Source: Dehalococcoidales bacterium
GTDB taxonomy: Bacteria; Chloroflexota; Dehalococcoidia; Dehalococcoidales; JAFGLR01
Reading direction: 5' to 3'
Assembly: GCA_016927955.1 (NCBI GenBank)
Contig: JAFGLR010000008.1
Location: forward strand, 1-50,154
Length of the DNA stretch: 50,154 nucleotides
Made by a program: the position numbers and the translations under genes. The notes under the pieces are model-generated. The model searched no databases and was not told where the DNA came from. It worked only from the letters and a program-made list of their open reading frames with translations. The stretch's first letter is position 1. Every line of letters starts with the position of its first letter. Of the stretch, positions 39,288 to 48,026 are shown piece by piece.

Positions 39288-40211
39288 GTGGACTTAACGG
39301 TTCAACTGGCCCCTAAGCATAAGACCGGGTTGAAGCTTGTAAACCCGGTAATGACGGCTTCCGGTACTTTCGGTTATGGTACGGAGTATGCTCATCTCTT
39401 CGATACTCAGCGGCTGGGGGCGGTGGTCTGTAAGGGCACGACTCTGGAACCGCGGGAAGGCAATCCTCAACCGCGCCTGGTGGAAACCGCCGGGGGTATG
39501 CTTAACTCTATCGGTTTACAGAATATCGGCATCGAGGCTTTGATTAGAGATAAAGCCCCGGTCTGGGCGAAATGGCGTGTGCCGGTAATCGTTAACCTAG
39601 CCGGGGCAACTATCGAAGAATATGCCATGGCTGCCGGGAGACTGAAGAGCGTACCAGGCGTCAGTGCTATCGAGCTAAATATCAGCTGTCCCAATGTAAA
39701 GGCCGGCGGGGCGGAATTTTGTGCCGACCCGGTAACGGCGGCTAAAGTAACTGAGGCAGTGCGGGCAGCCACCGAATTACCCCTTATCGTCAAGCTGGCA
39801 CCGGATATGAGCGATATCGTGAATATCGCTAAAGCTGTCGCCGAGGCAGGTGCCGATGCCCTTACGCTGATTAATACCCTGAAAGGAATGGCTATCGATA
39901 TCGTCCGGCGCAAACCAACGCTGGGCAATGTTACCGGCGGTTTGTCCGGTCCGGCGATAAAACCGGTGGCTTTGTATATGGTCTATAAAGTTGCCGGGCA
40001 GGTTGACATTCCGATTATCGGCTGTGGCGGTATCGCTACCGGTAATGACGCTATCGAATTTATAATGGCCGGTGCCACTGCCGTACAGGTGGGCACAGTA
40101 AATTTCGCTAATCCGAAGGCTCCCCTCAGTGTACTGGCAGGTATAGAGCAATTCCTGCGGCGGGAAGAAATAAGTTCCATCTCCGATATTATCGGGACCG
40201 CGAGAAGATAA
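39288..40211 (+). CDS. pyrD: Dihydroorotate dehydrogenase, class 1 catalytic subunit
   Basis: 307 aa, GTG start after GAGGAG. ELNISCPNVKAGG (active-site Cys), GGLSGPAIKP, GCGGIATGNDA. Confidence 0.9.
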   Translation: MDLTVQLAPKHKTGLKLVNPVMTASGTFGYGTEYAHLFDTQRLGAVVCKGTTLEPREGNPQPRLVETAGGMLNSIGLQNIGIEALIRDKAPVWAKWRVPVIVNLAGATIEEYAMAAGRLKSVPGVSAIELNISCPNVKAGGAEFCADPVTAAKVTEAVRAATELPLIVKLAPDMSDIVNIAKAVAEAGADALTLINTLKGMAIDIVRRKPTLGNVTGGLSGPAIKPVALYMVYKVAGQVDIPIIGCGGIATGNDAIEFIMAGATAVQVGTVNFANPKAPLSVLAGIEQFLRREEISSISDIIGTARR

Positions 40212-40214
40212 AAC

Positions 40215-40418
40215 TCATTTGGTAGCCGGAGGTATTAACGTTTTTATCCGTCTCTCCAGAATAGTCCGCTCAATCAATACGGTATGGCCGCATTTCAGGC
40301 ATTTAATACGGATATCGGCACCGGTGCGGACGATTTCCCAATCGTAGCTGCCGCAGGGGTGCGGTTTTTTCAACCGGACGGTATCGCCTGTATTTAGTTC
40401 TCTGACCATAATTCTCAA
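40215..40418 (-). CDS. DUF951-family small protein
   Basis: 67 aa. GDTVRLKKPHPCGSYDWEIVRTGADIRIKCLKCGHTVLI matches the DUF951 pattern as remembered. Confidence 0.65.
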   Translation of the reverse strand: MRIMVRELNTGDTVRLKKPHPCGSYDWEIVRTGADIRIKCLKCGHTVLIERTILERRIKTLIPPATK

Positions 40419-40430
40419 AAGCTTGTTCGG

Positions 40431-41243
40431 TTATTTGGCATTACGAAGTCGGTTAATCGTGTCCCGGGTTTGTTCGGCAACCTTGCGAGATGCTGCGGCG
40501 AAATCCTTGCCTTTCGAGGCGTATAACACCTGACGGGAAGAATTGATAATTATACCGGCTCGCTGAGCATCTTTACCATTGCGAATGACTGCTTCCAAAT
40601 CGCCACCCTGAGCCCCGACACCCGGTATCAGCAGCAGCATGTTCGGATGGCTCTGACGGATAATACTGAGTTCTTCCGGATAGGTCGCTCCGACTACCAG
40701 CCCGATGTTACCGTTTTTATTCCAGCCGGATGCTTTATCCGCAACAATTTCGAACAGTTGCCTGGGTGACGGGGGCACGTTGCAGGGCAGCGATTGAAAA
40801 TCTATGGCACCGGCATTCGAGGTACGGCAGAGTATAAAAGTCCCTTTCTCCTGATAGTTCAGGAAGGGTTCCAGAGAGTCATAACCCAGATAGGGACTGG
40901 CGGTAACTGCGTCGAAACCCCATACTTCAAATATAGCTTTAGCATAAGCTTTCGCCGTATTGCCGATGTCACCGCGTTTCGCATCGGCGATGACCGGTAT
41001 ATCCCCCGGTATATATTTCACGGTTTTTTGCAGGGCTTGCAGCCCGGGAATACCCATTGCTTCATAAAAGGCAAGATTGGGTTTATAAGCACAGACGAGG
41101 TCGGCCGTGGCATCGATTATCGCTTTATTGAATTCGAATACTCCGGTATTCTCCGGCATTGCCGCTAGGTCGGTATCAAGTCCGATACACAGTAGACTAT
41201 TATTTTTCGCAGTAGCATTAGCCAGTTTCTCGGTAAATTTCAT
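40431..41243 (-). CDS. pyrF: Orotidine 5'-phosphate decarboxylase (type 2)
   Basis: ORF track 40431..41291, trimmed to ATG 41243 (GGAGGG upstream). LCIGLDT, ADAKRGDIGNTA, PGVGAQGG. Confidence 0.9.
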   Translation of the reverse strand: MKFTEKLANATAKNNSLLCIGLDTDLAAMPENTGVFEFNKAIIDATADLVCAYKPNLAFYEAMGIPGLQALQKTVKYIPGDIPVIADAKRGDIGNTAKAYAKAIFEVWGFDAVTASPYLGYDSLEPFLNYQEKGTFILCRTSNAGAIDFQSLPCNVPPSPRQLFEIVADKASGWNKNGNIGLVVGATYPEELSIIRQSHPNMLLLIPGVGAQGGDLEAVIRNGKDAQRAGIIINSSRQVLYASKGKDFAAASRKVAEQTRDTINRLRNAK

Positions 41244-41303
41244 TATTACCCTCCGCAGGCTGATAATACCAGTGAAAACCTTAGGCGTCAAGTTGACAAG
41301 TAC

Positions 41304-41333
41304 GTTGTGATACAGTAATTCCCGGTGCTATAA
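41304..41333 (+). promoter_or_regulatory. Candidate promoter placing the folC ATG about 5 nt from the transcript start
   Basis: TTGTGA (41304-41309), 18 nt, TATAAT (41328-41333). ATG at 41346 with no SD in the 12 intervening nt. Confidence 0.35.
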
Positions 41334-41345
41334 TTTCTTCAGTTT

Positions 41346-42692
41346 ATGACGATGAATTATCAGGAAGCTCTGGCCTATATTTACAGTTTTACGGATTACG
41401 AAAAGACGCCGGTACCGCACGCGGCGGCCAATTATGATTTGCGCCGTATGGATGAACTGCTGGCTTACTTCGATAACCCGCATCTGAAAACTAAATCCGT
41501 TCATGTAACCGGCACCAAAGGTAAAGGCAGTACGGCGGTGATGATTGCCTCGGTATTGACAGCCGCAGGTTATCGGACCGGATTATATACTTCACCTCAC
41601 CTGCTGACTTTACGGGAGCGAATTCGTACCGGCCGCGAATTAATTTCAGAAGCCGAACTAGTGGATATCGTCAGTAAAATAAAGCCGGCCGCTGAAGAAG
41701 TAAACCGCCGGGCAACTTATGGGAAGCTGACTACCTTCGAAATACTAACGACGCTGGCTTTTATTTATTTCGCCGAAAAAGATGCGGGCTTTCAAGTATT
41801 GGAAGTGGGGATGGGTGGTACTTATGATGCCACTAATGTTATTAAAAATCCTGAGGTATGCGTGATAACCCCGGTAAGTTACGACCATACGGAAGTACTG
41901 GGGGACACCATAGCCATGATAGCCGGAGAAAAATCGGGTATTATCAAGCCGGGTTGTGTCGTTGTTGCCTCACCCCAGCAGCCTGAAGCAATGGAAGTAA
42001 TACGCCATCGTTGTATAAAACAAAATGCCGTATTAATTCAGGTAGGTAGTGATGTTAAGTGGCGGCTGGAGCACCGTGAGATTAATCACCAGACATTTAT
42101 GGTGGGCGGTCGCCTCGGTAGTCACGAGATTGCTATACCTTTATTGGGCGAGCACCAGTTGATAAATGCTGCTACGGCTATTGCCGCAATTGAAGTGCTT
42201 ATGGAACGTGGTTTTAAAATTAGCGAAAAGAGTGTAATACAGGGAATGTCCGAAGTGGAATGGCCGGGACGTTTTCAGATAATCCGCCATTATCCCACGG
42301 TTGTGCTGGACGGAGCTCATAACGCCGATTCTGCTTTGAAATTGAGGCAAACCCTGGAACAGTATTTCAATTTTCAGAAGGCTATCCTTATTATCGGAGC
42401 TTCTTCGGATAAAGACATTGCCGGTATCGCTCGAGAGATGGCACCTGTAGCCGGTAGAGTTATTGCCACGCGTTCCCGTAATCCGCGGGCGATGGCCCCG
42501 GAGCGTATTAAAACTGAGTTCGCCAAATACAATATAGAAGTAGAAGTTTCTCCCGATGTAAGTTCAGCATTATCCGGGGCGGTTATTATGGCCGGTGATA
42601 ACGGATTGGTGTGTGTTACCGGGTCAATGTTTGTAGTTGCGGAAGCACTGGAGATAAGTAAATCCGGTCAGTCCGGGCAGGTCAGTGAATAA
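41346..42692 (+). CDS. folC: Folylpolyglutamate synthase / dihydrofolate synthase
   Basis: 448 aa. Mur-ligase P-loop HVTGTKGKGST, EVGMGG, DGAHN. Confidence 0.9.
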   Translation: MTMNYQEALAYIYSFTDYEKTPVPHAAANYDLRRMDELLAYFDNPHLKTKSVHVTGTKGKGSTAVMIASVLTAAGYRTGLYTSPHLLTLRERIRTGRELISEAELVDIVSKIKPAAEEVNRRATYGKLTTFEILTTLAFIYFAEKDAGFQVLEVGMGGTYDATNVIKNPEVCVITPVSYDHTEVLGDTIAMIAGEKSGIIKPGCVVVASPQQPEAMEVIRHRCIKQNAVLIQVGSDVKWRLEHREINHQTFMVGGRLGSHEIAIPLLGEHQLINAATAIAAIEVLMERGFKISEKSVIQGMSEVEWPGRFQIIRHYPTVVLDGAHNADSALKLRQTLEQYFNFQKAILIIGASSDKDIAGIAREMAPVAGRVIATRSRNPRAMAPERIKTEFAKYNIEVEVSPDVSSALSGAVIMAGDNGLVCVTGSMFVVAEALEISKSGQSGQVSE

Positions 42693-42763
42693 TAGTTGCA
42701 AAAGTTGAAATCACGTGGTTTAATTGATGGTGCATCAACCTGACACTTGCGAGGTATAGTTAT

Positions 42764-43099
42764 ATGGCTAAGAGTTATGAGTTAATAACAACGAATACGG
42801 ATTCCCTACTGTTATGTTTGTTGGCTGAAAAACCGATGTACGGTTATCAGGTTATCAAAGAATTATCCGGCAGAAGTAAAGGCTATTTTAATTTCAAAGA
42901 AGGCACACTTTATCCGGCGCTGCACCGTTTGGAGACACTCGGATTAATCGAAGGAAGATGGCAACTGTTATCCAGTGGCCAGCAGCGAAAATATTATCAT
43001 ATTACCGAAAAGGGACATGTTAGCCTGATGGAAAAACGCGGTCAGTGGCTGGAATTCCTGTCTGCGATGAACCTCATCATCCAACCCGCTGAAGCGTAA
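42764..43099 (+). CDS. PadR-family transcriptional regulator
   Basis: 111 aa. PMYGYQVIKELS ... FKEGTLYPALHRLETLGLIEGRW ... RKYYHITEKG. Confidence 0.88.
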   Translation: MAKSYELITTNTDSLLLCLLAEKPMYGYQVIKELSGRSKGYFNFKEGTLYPALHRLETLGLIEGRWQLLSSGQQRKYYHITEKGHVSLMEKRGQWLEFLSAMNLIIQPAEA

Positions 43100-43111
43100 G
43101 GACGTGTTAGG

Positions 43112-44011
43112 ATGGCACCGGTTGCCTTAAGCAATTATCTAAATACAGTTAGAAATAACTTGAGGTTGGATAGCGCTGCCGAGAGCGAAATTATCAGTGA
43201 GTTGAGTTCTCATATCGAGGATAAACTAGCAGAGCTTAAGGAAAAAGGCCTCTCGGAAGACGAAGCCGTTAAAACCTGTCTCCGGGTCATGGGCTCGGCC
43301 AAACTGGTCGCTAGTCAATTATACGAAGCCCATAGTCAGGGTAGCTGGAAACAAACCCTGCTCGCCGTAATGCCGCATCTTCTATTTGCTATATTTTTTG
43401 CTCTGAGCTGGTGGCCGGGGGCTATATGGTTGCTGCTGGTAGCCGTGACACTGGTCTTCGGTGTCGCTATTTACGGCTGGTGGCAGAATAAACCAACCTG
43501 GCTTTTTTCCTGGCTTAGTTATTCCATGCTTCCGGTAATACTGGCCGGTCTGGCTGTCTTTTATCTGCCCCCCGGCTGGAAATGGGCGGCAGTTATCATT
43601 TATATTCCGCTTGCCCTTGTTATTATTTATAAAATGGCTGTCAGGGCTATAAAAAAAGACTGGCTCTACAGTACCCTGATGTTATTACCGATGCCCATTA
43701 CCGTCGCGTGGTTTCTGGCAGTCGGTTACGAGGGAAAACTGGGATTGGAATACTTGGAGTATTTCGGTCCGTCTATCGGTATGAGCTTTTTAATAATCGC
43801 CATCAGCGTCGGCATTTTCATACGCTTAAGACAGCGGTGGCTTAAAATTGCGATGTTGCTGGTTTGCGGCCTTTTTACGCTGTCACTGGTCTTATATTAT
43901 GCTCAAGGCAGATTACCGTTACTCGCCTTTATTATTTTAACCGTAGTTGTCTTAGGGTTATTCGTCACCCCGGCGGTATTGGAGCACAGAATTAAACATA
44001 GCCGGCGTTAA
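43112..44011 (+). CDS. PadR-associated polytopic membrane protein (DUF1700-like N-terminal helical domain)
   Basis: 299 aa. The soluble N-terminal 75 aa (YLNTVRNNLRLDSAAESEIISELSSHIEDKLAELKEKGLSEDEAVKTCLRVMGSAKLVASQL) resemble the domain commonly encoded just after padR genes. At least 6 hydrophobic helices follow. Confidence 0.65.
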   Translation: MAPVALSNYLNTVRNNLRLDSAAESEIISELSSHIEDKLAELKEKGLSEDEAVKTCLRVMGSAKLVASQLYEAHSQGSWKQTLLAVMPHLLFAIFFALSWWPGAIWLLLVAVTLVFGVAIYGWWQNKPTWLFSWLSYSMLPVILAGLAVFYLPPGWKWAAVIIYIPLALVIIYKMAVRAIKKDWLYSTLMLLPMPITVAWFLAVGYEGKLGLEYLEYFGPSIGMSFLIIAISVGIFIRLRQRWLKIAMLLVCGLFTLSLVLYYAQGRLPLLAFIILTVVVLGLFVTPAVLEHRIKHSRR

Positions 44012-44027
44012 CTCAAAAGGAGGCGAA

Positions 44028-44894
44028 GTGCCTAAAGTAGCGATAGTTACGGATAGTCTGGCTTGCCTCACCAAAGAGTTGGCGGAACAGTATAACATCA
44101 CTATCGTTCCATTAAGCTTTCTACTTCAAGGTAAAGTCTATCGTGACTGGGTAGACATTACGCCGACCCGGGCTTATGAGCTTTTCTTAAAGGACCCTGA
44201 CTCTTTTGAAACCTCAGCTCCTTCGCCGGAGGATTTTCTCGGCGCTTTCCGTAAAGCGAGAAATACCGCACCTGATATCTTCTGTACCACTGTCTCGGTA
44301 AAACTAAGCACGACGATAAATGCGGCAAAAGTCGCGGCGGAGCAGATAATATCGGAAATCCCCGGTACGCGTATCTCATTATTGGATTCGCGGACCAGTA
44401 CGGCCGCTACAGGGATGATCGCTCTGACCGCAGCCCGTGCTTCTGCCGATGGTAAAGATTTTTCTGAGGTAATTAATACGGCTGAAGAAATCCGGGGCAG
44501 GGTTAATATCGTGGCATTGCTGGATACCATCAGGCATGTATACCGCTCCGGTCGTATTCCTAAAGTTGCCTCTCAAATAGGTTCGTTTTTAAAAGTAAAG
44601 CCGGTATTATCTATTAATCAGCAATCTGGTGGACTGGTACATTTTAACGGTATTGAGAGAAGTCATCAGAACGGGATACAGAGAATTATTAGAATTATGA
44701 AAGACGACGTCGGCTCGAATCCGGTGCGGGTAGCCGTAATGCATGCTTATGCCCCGGACGAAGCGGAAAAGCTTAAAGATATCATTAAGTCGGAATTCGA
44801 ATGCCGTGAACTCTGGGTAACCGAGTTCAGTCCTCTGATGGGTTATGCCATCGGTACGGGGGCGGTGGGAATGGCCTACCATAAGGACAGTTGA
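44028..44894 (+). CDS. DegV family (FakB-like) protein, second paralogue
   Basis: 288 aa, GTG start after AAAGGAGG. KVAIVTDSLACL, typical DegV layout. Confidence 0.85.
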   Translation: MPKVAIVTDSLACLTKELAEQYNITIVPLSFLLQGKVYRDWVDITPTRAYELFLKDPDSFETSAPSPEDFLGAFRKARNTAPDIFCTTVSVKLSTTINAAKVAAEQIISEIPGTRISLLDSRTSTAATGMIALTAARASADGKDFSEVINTAEEIRGRVNIVALLDTIRHVYRSGRIPKVASQIGSFLKVKPVLSINQQSGGLVHFNGIERSHQNGIQRIIRIMKDDVGSNPVRVAVMHAYAPDEAEKLKDIIKSEFECRELWVTEFSPLMGYAIGTGAVGMAYHKDS

Positions 44895-45509
44895 ATGGTA
44901 TTACGGGAAATAGCGGCTCTGGTTATTGCCTATTTACTCGGCTCGATACCTACTGCATATATCGTTACCCGTATAATTAAAGGCAAAGATATTCGTCGCC
45001 TCGGGGGCGGTAATGTCGGCAGTCTCAATACTATTAAATCGGTAGGGCGGCTTCCCGGCGCCGCTGTGGGATTTATCGATATCTGCAAAGGTGCGGCAGC
45101 CGTACTTCTCGCCTTCTATGTTTTGGGTGTGCCACCGCTTTTCGTCATGCTGGCCGGATTGCTTTCAATCGTCGGCCATATGTGGATGATATTCCTCAAG
45201 TTCACCGGCGGCAGAGGTATGGGGCCTATGATGGGCTCAATCATTACAATACTCTGTTTGTATACCGATTGGTGGGGTCTCGGCATCTTTCTTTTTATTA
45301 TTGCCATCCCGATTTTTATTACCCGTAATGTCCCTCTTTCCTTAACCCTTGGCATTATCGCCCTGCCAATTATTGTCTGGTTTACAACTTATTCAGCTCT
45401 CGGTACGATAATGGCAGTAGCTAACGGCCTGTTGACCGGCGGTAAATTCCTGCCGACCGGCCTGAAAGACTTAAAAGTATGGCAGGCCCGGCGTAAAGCC
45501 CTGAAATAG
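44895..45509 (+). CDS. plsY: Glycerol-3-phosphate acyltransferase PlsY (acyl-phosphate dependent)
   Basis: 204 aa. AYLLGSIPTAYIV, GGGNVGSLN, DICKGAAAV. The ATG directly abuts the DegV stop (TGAATG). Confidence 0.9.
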   Translation: MVLREIAALVIAYLLGSIPTAYIVTRIIKGKDIRRLGGGNVGSLNTIKSVGRLPGAAVGFIDICKGAAAVLLAFYVLGVPPLFVMLAGLLSIVGHMWMIFLKFTGGRGMGPMMGSIITILCLYTDWWGLGIFLFIIAIPIFITRNVPLSLTLGIIALPIIVWFTTYSALGTIMAVANGLLTGGKFLPTGLKDLKVWQARRKALK

Positions 45510-45633
45510 GCCAACGGGGTAAAACAGTACTATGTATTTGAATCCCACTAAAATCATTGGTTCAATAACTTATTTATCACAAGACTTAGCGTTGAATTTT
45601 GGCTATAATATAAAGAAATAATACTGGAGGTTT

Positions 45634-45906
45634 ATGATGAAAAAGGGTTTGTTGATTTGGAATGTTATCGTTACCGTGATTGCACTGGTATTAATATTAG
45701 GAGCTTGTACCTCTGATCCGACAGTGGACTGGTGTGTCTCGCAAATTCAGACCCAGGCAATGACGATTTCACAATTACAGAATGATATTAATACTCTGGA
45801 ATCGGCAAATAGCCAGTTGACCGTTTATATCCAAAACCAGGAGGGCAGGATTGTCAGTCTGGAAAGTACCATGCTACAGGTTGTTACCAGGCTGAATGCC
45901 CAATAA
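45634..45906 (+). CDS. Small predicted lipoprotein with a coiled-coil-like tail
   Basis: 90 aa. Signal peptide plus lipobox LILGAC, then a heptad-like Gln/Leu-rich segment. SD GGAGG. No family recognised. Confidence 0.6.
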   Translation: MMKKGLLIWNVIVTVIALVLILGACTSDPTVDWCVSQIQTQAMTISQLQNDINTLESANSQLTVYIQNQEGRIVSLESTMLQVVTRLNAQ

Positions 45907-45978
45907 CTATTGCATTATCGTTAATTCATTTATTAGGCTCTAAAAGTAACTAGTTCATATCACAGAGGCGAATAAAAA

Positions 45979-46017
45979 GGCCGTTACGAAGAATTAACTC
46001 TTCGTAACGGCCTTTTT
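45979..46017 (+). terminator. Strong intrinsic terminator
   Basis: GGCCGTTACGAAGA attaac TCTTCGTAACGGCC, perfect 14-bp stem, then TTTTT. Preceded by AAAAA, so potentially bidirectional. Confidence 0.85.
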
Positions 46018-46075
46018 ATGATAATCACTTGTTATAGATGATTTATTTAGTGGAAATGCGTTATAATTGCCTCCA

Positions 46076-47059
46076 ATGGTTATACTTGTAACGGGTGCTT
46101 CCGGTCATATCGGGGCGAATCTGGTACGGGCGCTCCTCAAAAAAGGGCAAAAGGTGCGCGCTCTGGTTCATCACGAACGCCGGGCATTAGAAGGATTGGA
46201 TATCGAAACCATCGACGGCGATATCTGCGAGCCGGAATCTTTAATCAGGGCGGTTGAGGGGGCGGAAGCGGTATATCATTTAGCCGGTAATATTTCCTTG
46301 ATGATGGATGAGTGGCCGCTGGTTCGTAATATCAATGTCACAGGTACTCAGAATGTAATCGATGCCTGTATCAAGTGGAAAGTTAAGAGACTGATTTATT
46401 TTAGCTCGATTCACGCTATTCAGCCGGCACCGGAGGATAAAATTATCAACGAGTCCTGTGCCCTGGTGGATTCTCCGAAATGTCCGCCTTATGACCGTTC
46501 CAAAGCAGCCGGAGAAAGGCTGGTCCGCCAGGCCGTCTCTCAAGGTCTCGATGCCATAATAATAAATCCGACTGGAGTTCTCGGCCCCTATGATTATCAA
46601 CCATCTCATTTCGGGCTGGCTTTAGTTGCAATCGCAAATGGGAAAATGCCGGCTCTGATAAGCGGTGGTTTTAATTGGGTAGACGTCCGGGATGTTGCCG
46701 AAGGAGCGATAACCGCAGCAGAACACGCTCCGGCCGGTACTGAATATTTGCTCTCAGGTCATTATGTATCGGTACACGACATAGGGAAAATGGTTGGAGA
46801 AATTACCCGGGTATCTGTCCCCGGGTTTATTACTCCGATGTGGCTGGCACGAACCGTTGCTCCGCTGGTAACTGCATATAATCGATTAACGGGACGGCGG
46901 CAATATTTTACTTCGGTATCATTAAGGGCATTGAGGGAAACCCGGCCGGTTTCTCATGAAAAGGCAACCCGGGAGCTTGGTTATCAGCCCCGTCCTTTTA
47001 AGGAAACGCTGGTCGATACTCTGCAGTGGTTTGCTGAAAACGGGCAGGTAAAAATATAA
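46076..47059 (+). CDS. Extended short-chain dehydrogenase/reductase (NAD-dependent epimerase/dehydratase, 3-beta-HSD-like)
   Basis: ORF track 46067..47059. Preferred start is ATG 46076 (MVILVTGASGHIGANLV Rossmann motif). Catalytic YDRSK (YxxxK). Confidence 0.8.
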   Translation: MVILVTGASGHIGANLVRALLKKGQKVRALVHHERRALEGLDIETIDGDICEPESLIRAVEGAEAVYHLAGNISLMMDEWPLVRNINVTGTQNVIDACIKWKVKRLIYFSSIHAIQPAPEDKIINESCALVDSPKCPPYDRSKAAGERLVRQAVSQGLDAIIINPTGVLGPYDYQPSHFGLALVAIANGKMPALISGGFNWVDVRDVAEGAITAAEHAPAGTEYLLSGHYVSVHDIGKMVGEITRVSVPGFITPMWLARTVAPLVTAYNRLTGRRQYFTSVSLRALRETRPVSHEKATRELGYQPRPFKETLVDTLQWFAENGQVKI

Positions 47060-47820
47060 TGAGTGAATTGTTTATTTTAAACTCTATTATTATTGCCTGG
47101 TTTACCATTGCAGCTATTGTCTTTATTGCGTTATTTTTTTTCATAGCTCCATACGGACGTCATACCCGTAAAGGGTGGGGTCCGGCCATCAACAGCCGTT
47201 TCGGCTGGGTATTGATGGAAGCCCCGGCAGCACTGGTCGTTGTGGTTTGTTTCGCTTTCGGTCTGAATGCCCGTACAATCCCGGCATTCATCTTTCTGGC
47301 GTTATGGGAACTACACTATATTCACCGGGCTTTTATCTACCCTTTCACGACTCGCGGCGAAGCCCGCCGGATGACTATTTTGGTGGTCGCGATGGGGTTG
47401 TTTTTCAATACCGTTAATGCCTATCTCAACGGCCGATATATATTTAACTTTTCACCTGTTTACGAGAATAGCTGGCTTCTGGACCCCCGGTTTATTGCCG
47501 GTGTGGCGATATTTATTATCGGTTTCATTATTAACCGCGAAGCGGACACCATACTCCGCAGTCTCCGGAGTCCCGGGGAAACCGGTTATAAAATACCGGG
47601 GGGAAGTTTATACCGCTGGATATCCTGTCCTAATTATTTCGGGGAGATTCTTATTTGGGTTGGCTGGGCAGTGGCTACCTGGTCGCTGGCCGGATTGGCT
47701 TTCGCCGTCTGGACAGCGGCTAATTTAATACCGCGGGCCCGTTCTAATCATACCTGGTACCATGAGCAGTTTGAGGATTATCCGTCTAAAAGAAAGGCTT
47801 TAATACCGGGTGTATGGTAG
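47059..47820 (+). CDS. Steroid 5-alpha-reductase family (3-oxo-5-alpha-steroid 4-dehydrogenase-like) membrane protein
   Basis: 253 aa, polytopic. C-terminal signature YRWISCPNYFGEILIWVGWAV ... HTWYHEQFEDYPSKRKALIPGVW. The ATG overlaps the upstream stop (TAATG). Confidence 0.8.
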   Translation: MSELFILNSIIIAWFTIAAIVFIALFFFIAPYGRHTRKGWGPAINSRFGWVLMEAPAALVVVVCFAFGLNARTIPAFIFLALWELHYIHRAFIYPFTTRGEARRMTILVVAMGLFFNTVNAYLNGRYIFNFSPVYENSWLLDPRFIAGVAIFIIGFIINREADTILRSLRSPGETGYKIPGGSLYRWISCPNYFGEILIWVGWAVATWSLAGLAFAVWTAANLIPRARSNHTWYHEQFEDYPSKRKALIPGVW

Positions 47821-47828
47821 ATTCAGCT

Positions 47829-47978
47829 TTAGCTGGAATATTCTTTTTTCGCTGCTTCAAGTTCCGCTTCTAACTCTTCCAGTTCCTGCCACATCGAAGG
47901 CGGCACCGAGTGAGCAGGCCAGCGGGCTTTCAGGTCGGCAATTTTCGCTTCGATTTCCTTAATTTTATCAATGTTCAT
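47829..47978 (-). CDS. Unlisted 49-aa ORF (conserved-looking small helical protein)
   Basis: Below the ORF-track length cutoff. MNIDKIKEIEAKIADLKARWPAHSVPPSMWQELEELEAELEAAKKEYSS*. The ARWPAHSV.PSM core resembles a small hypothetical family I recall from anaerobes. No clear SD. Confidence 0.45.
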   Translation of the reverse strand: MNIDKIKEIEAKIADLKARWPAHSVPPSMWQELEELEAELEAAKKEYSS

Positions 47979-48026
47979 AACATATACCGTTTTTTAATTA
48001 ATGCATGGGAAAAAGACTGGTTAAGC

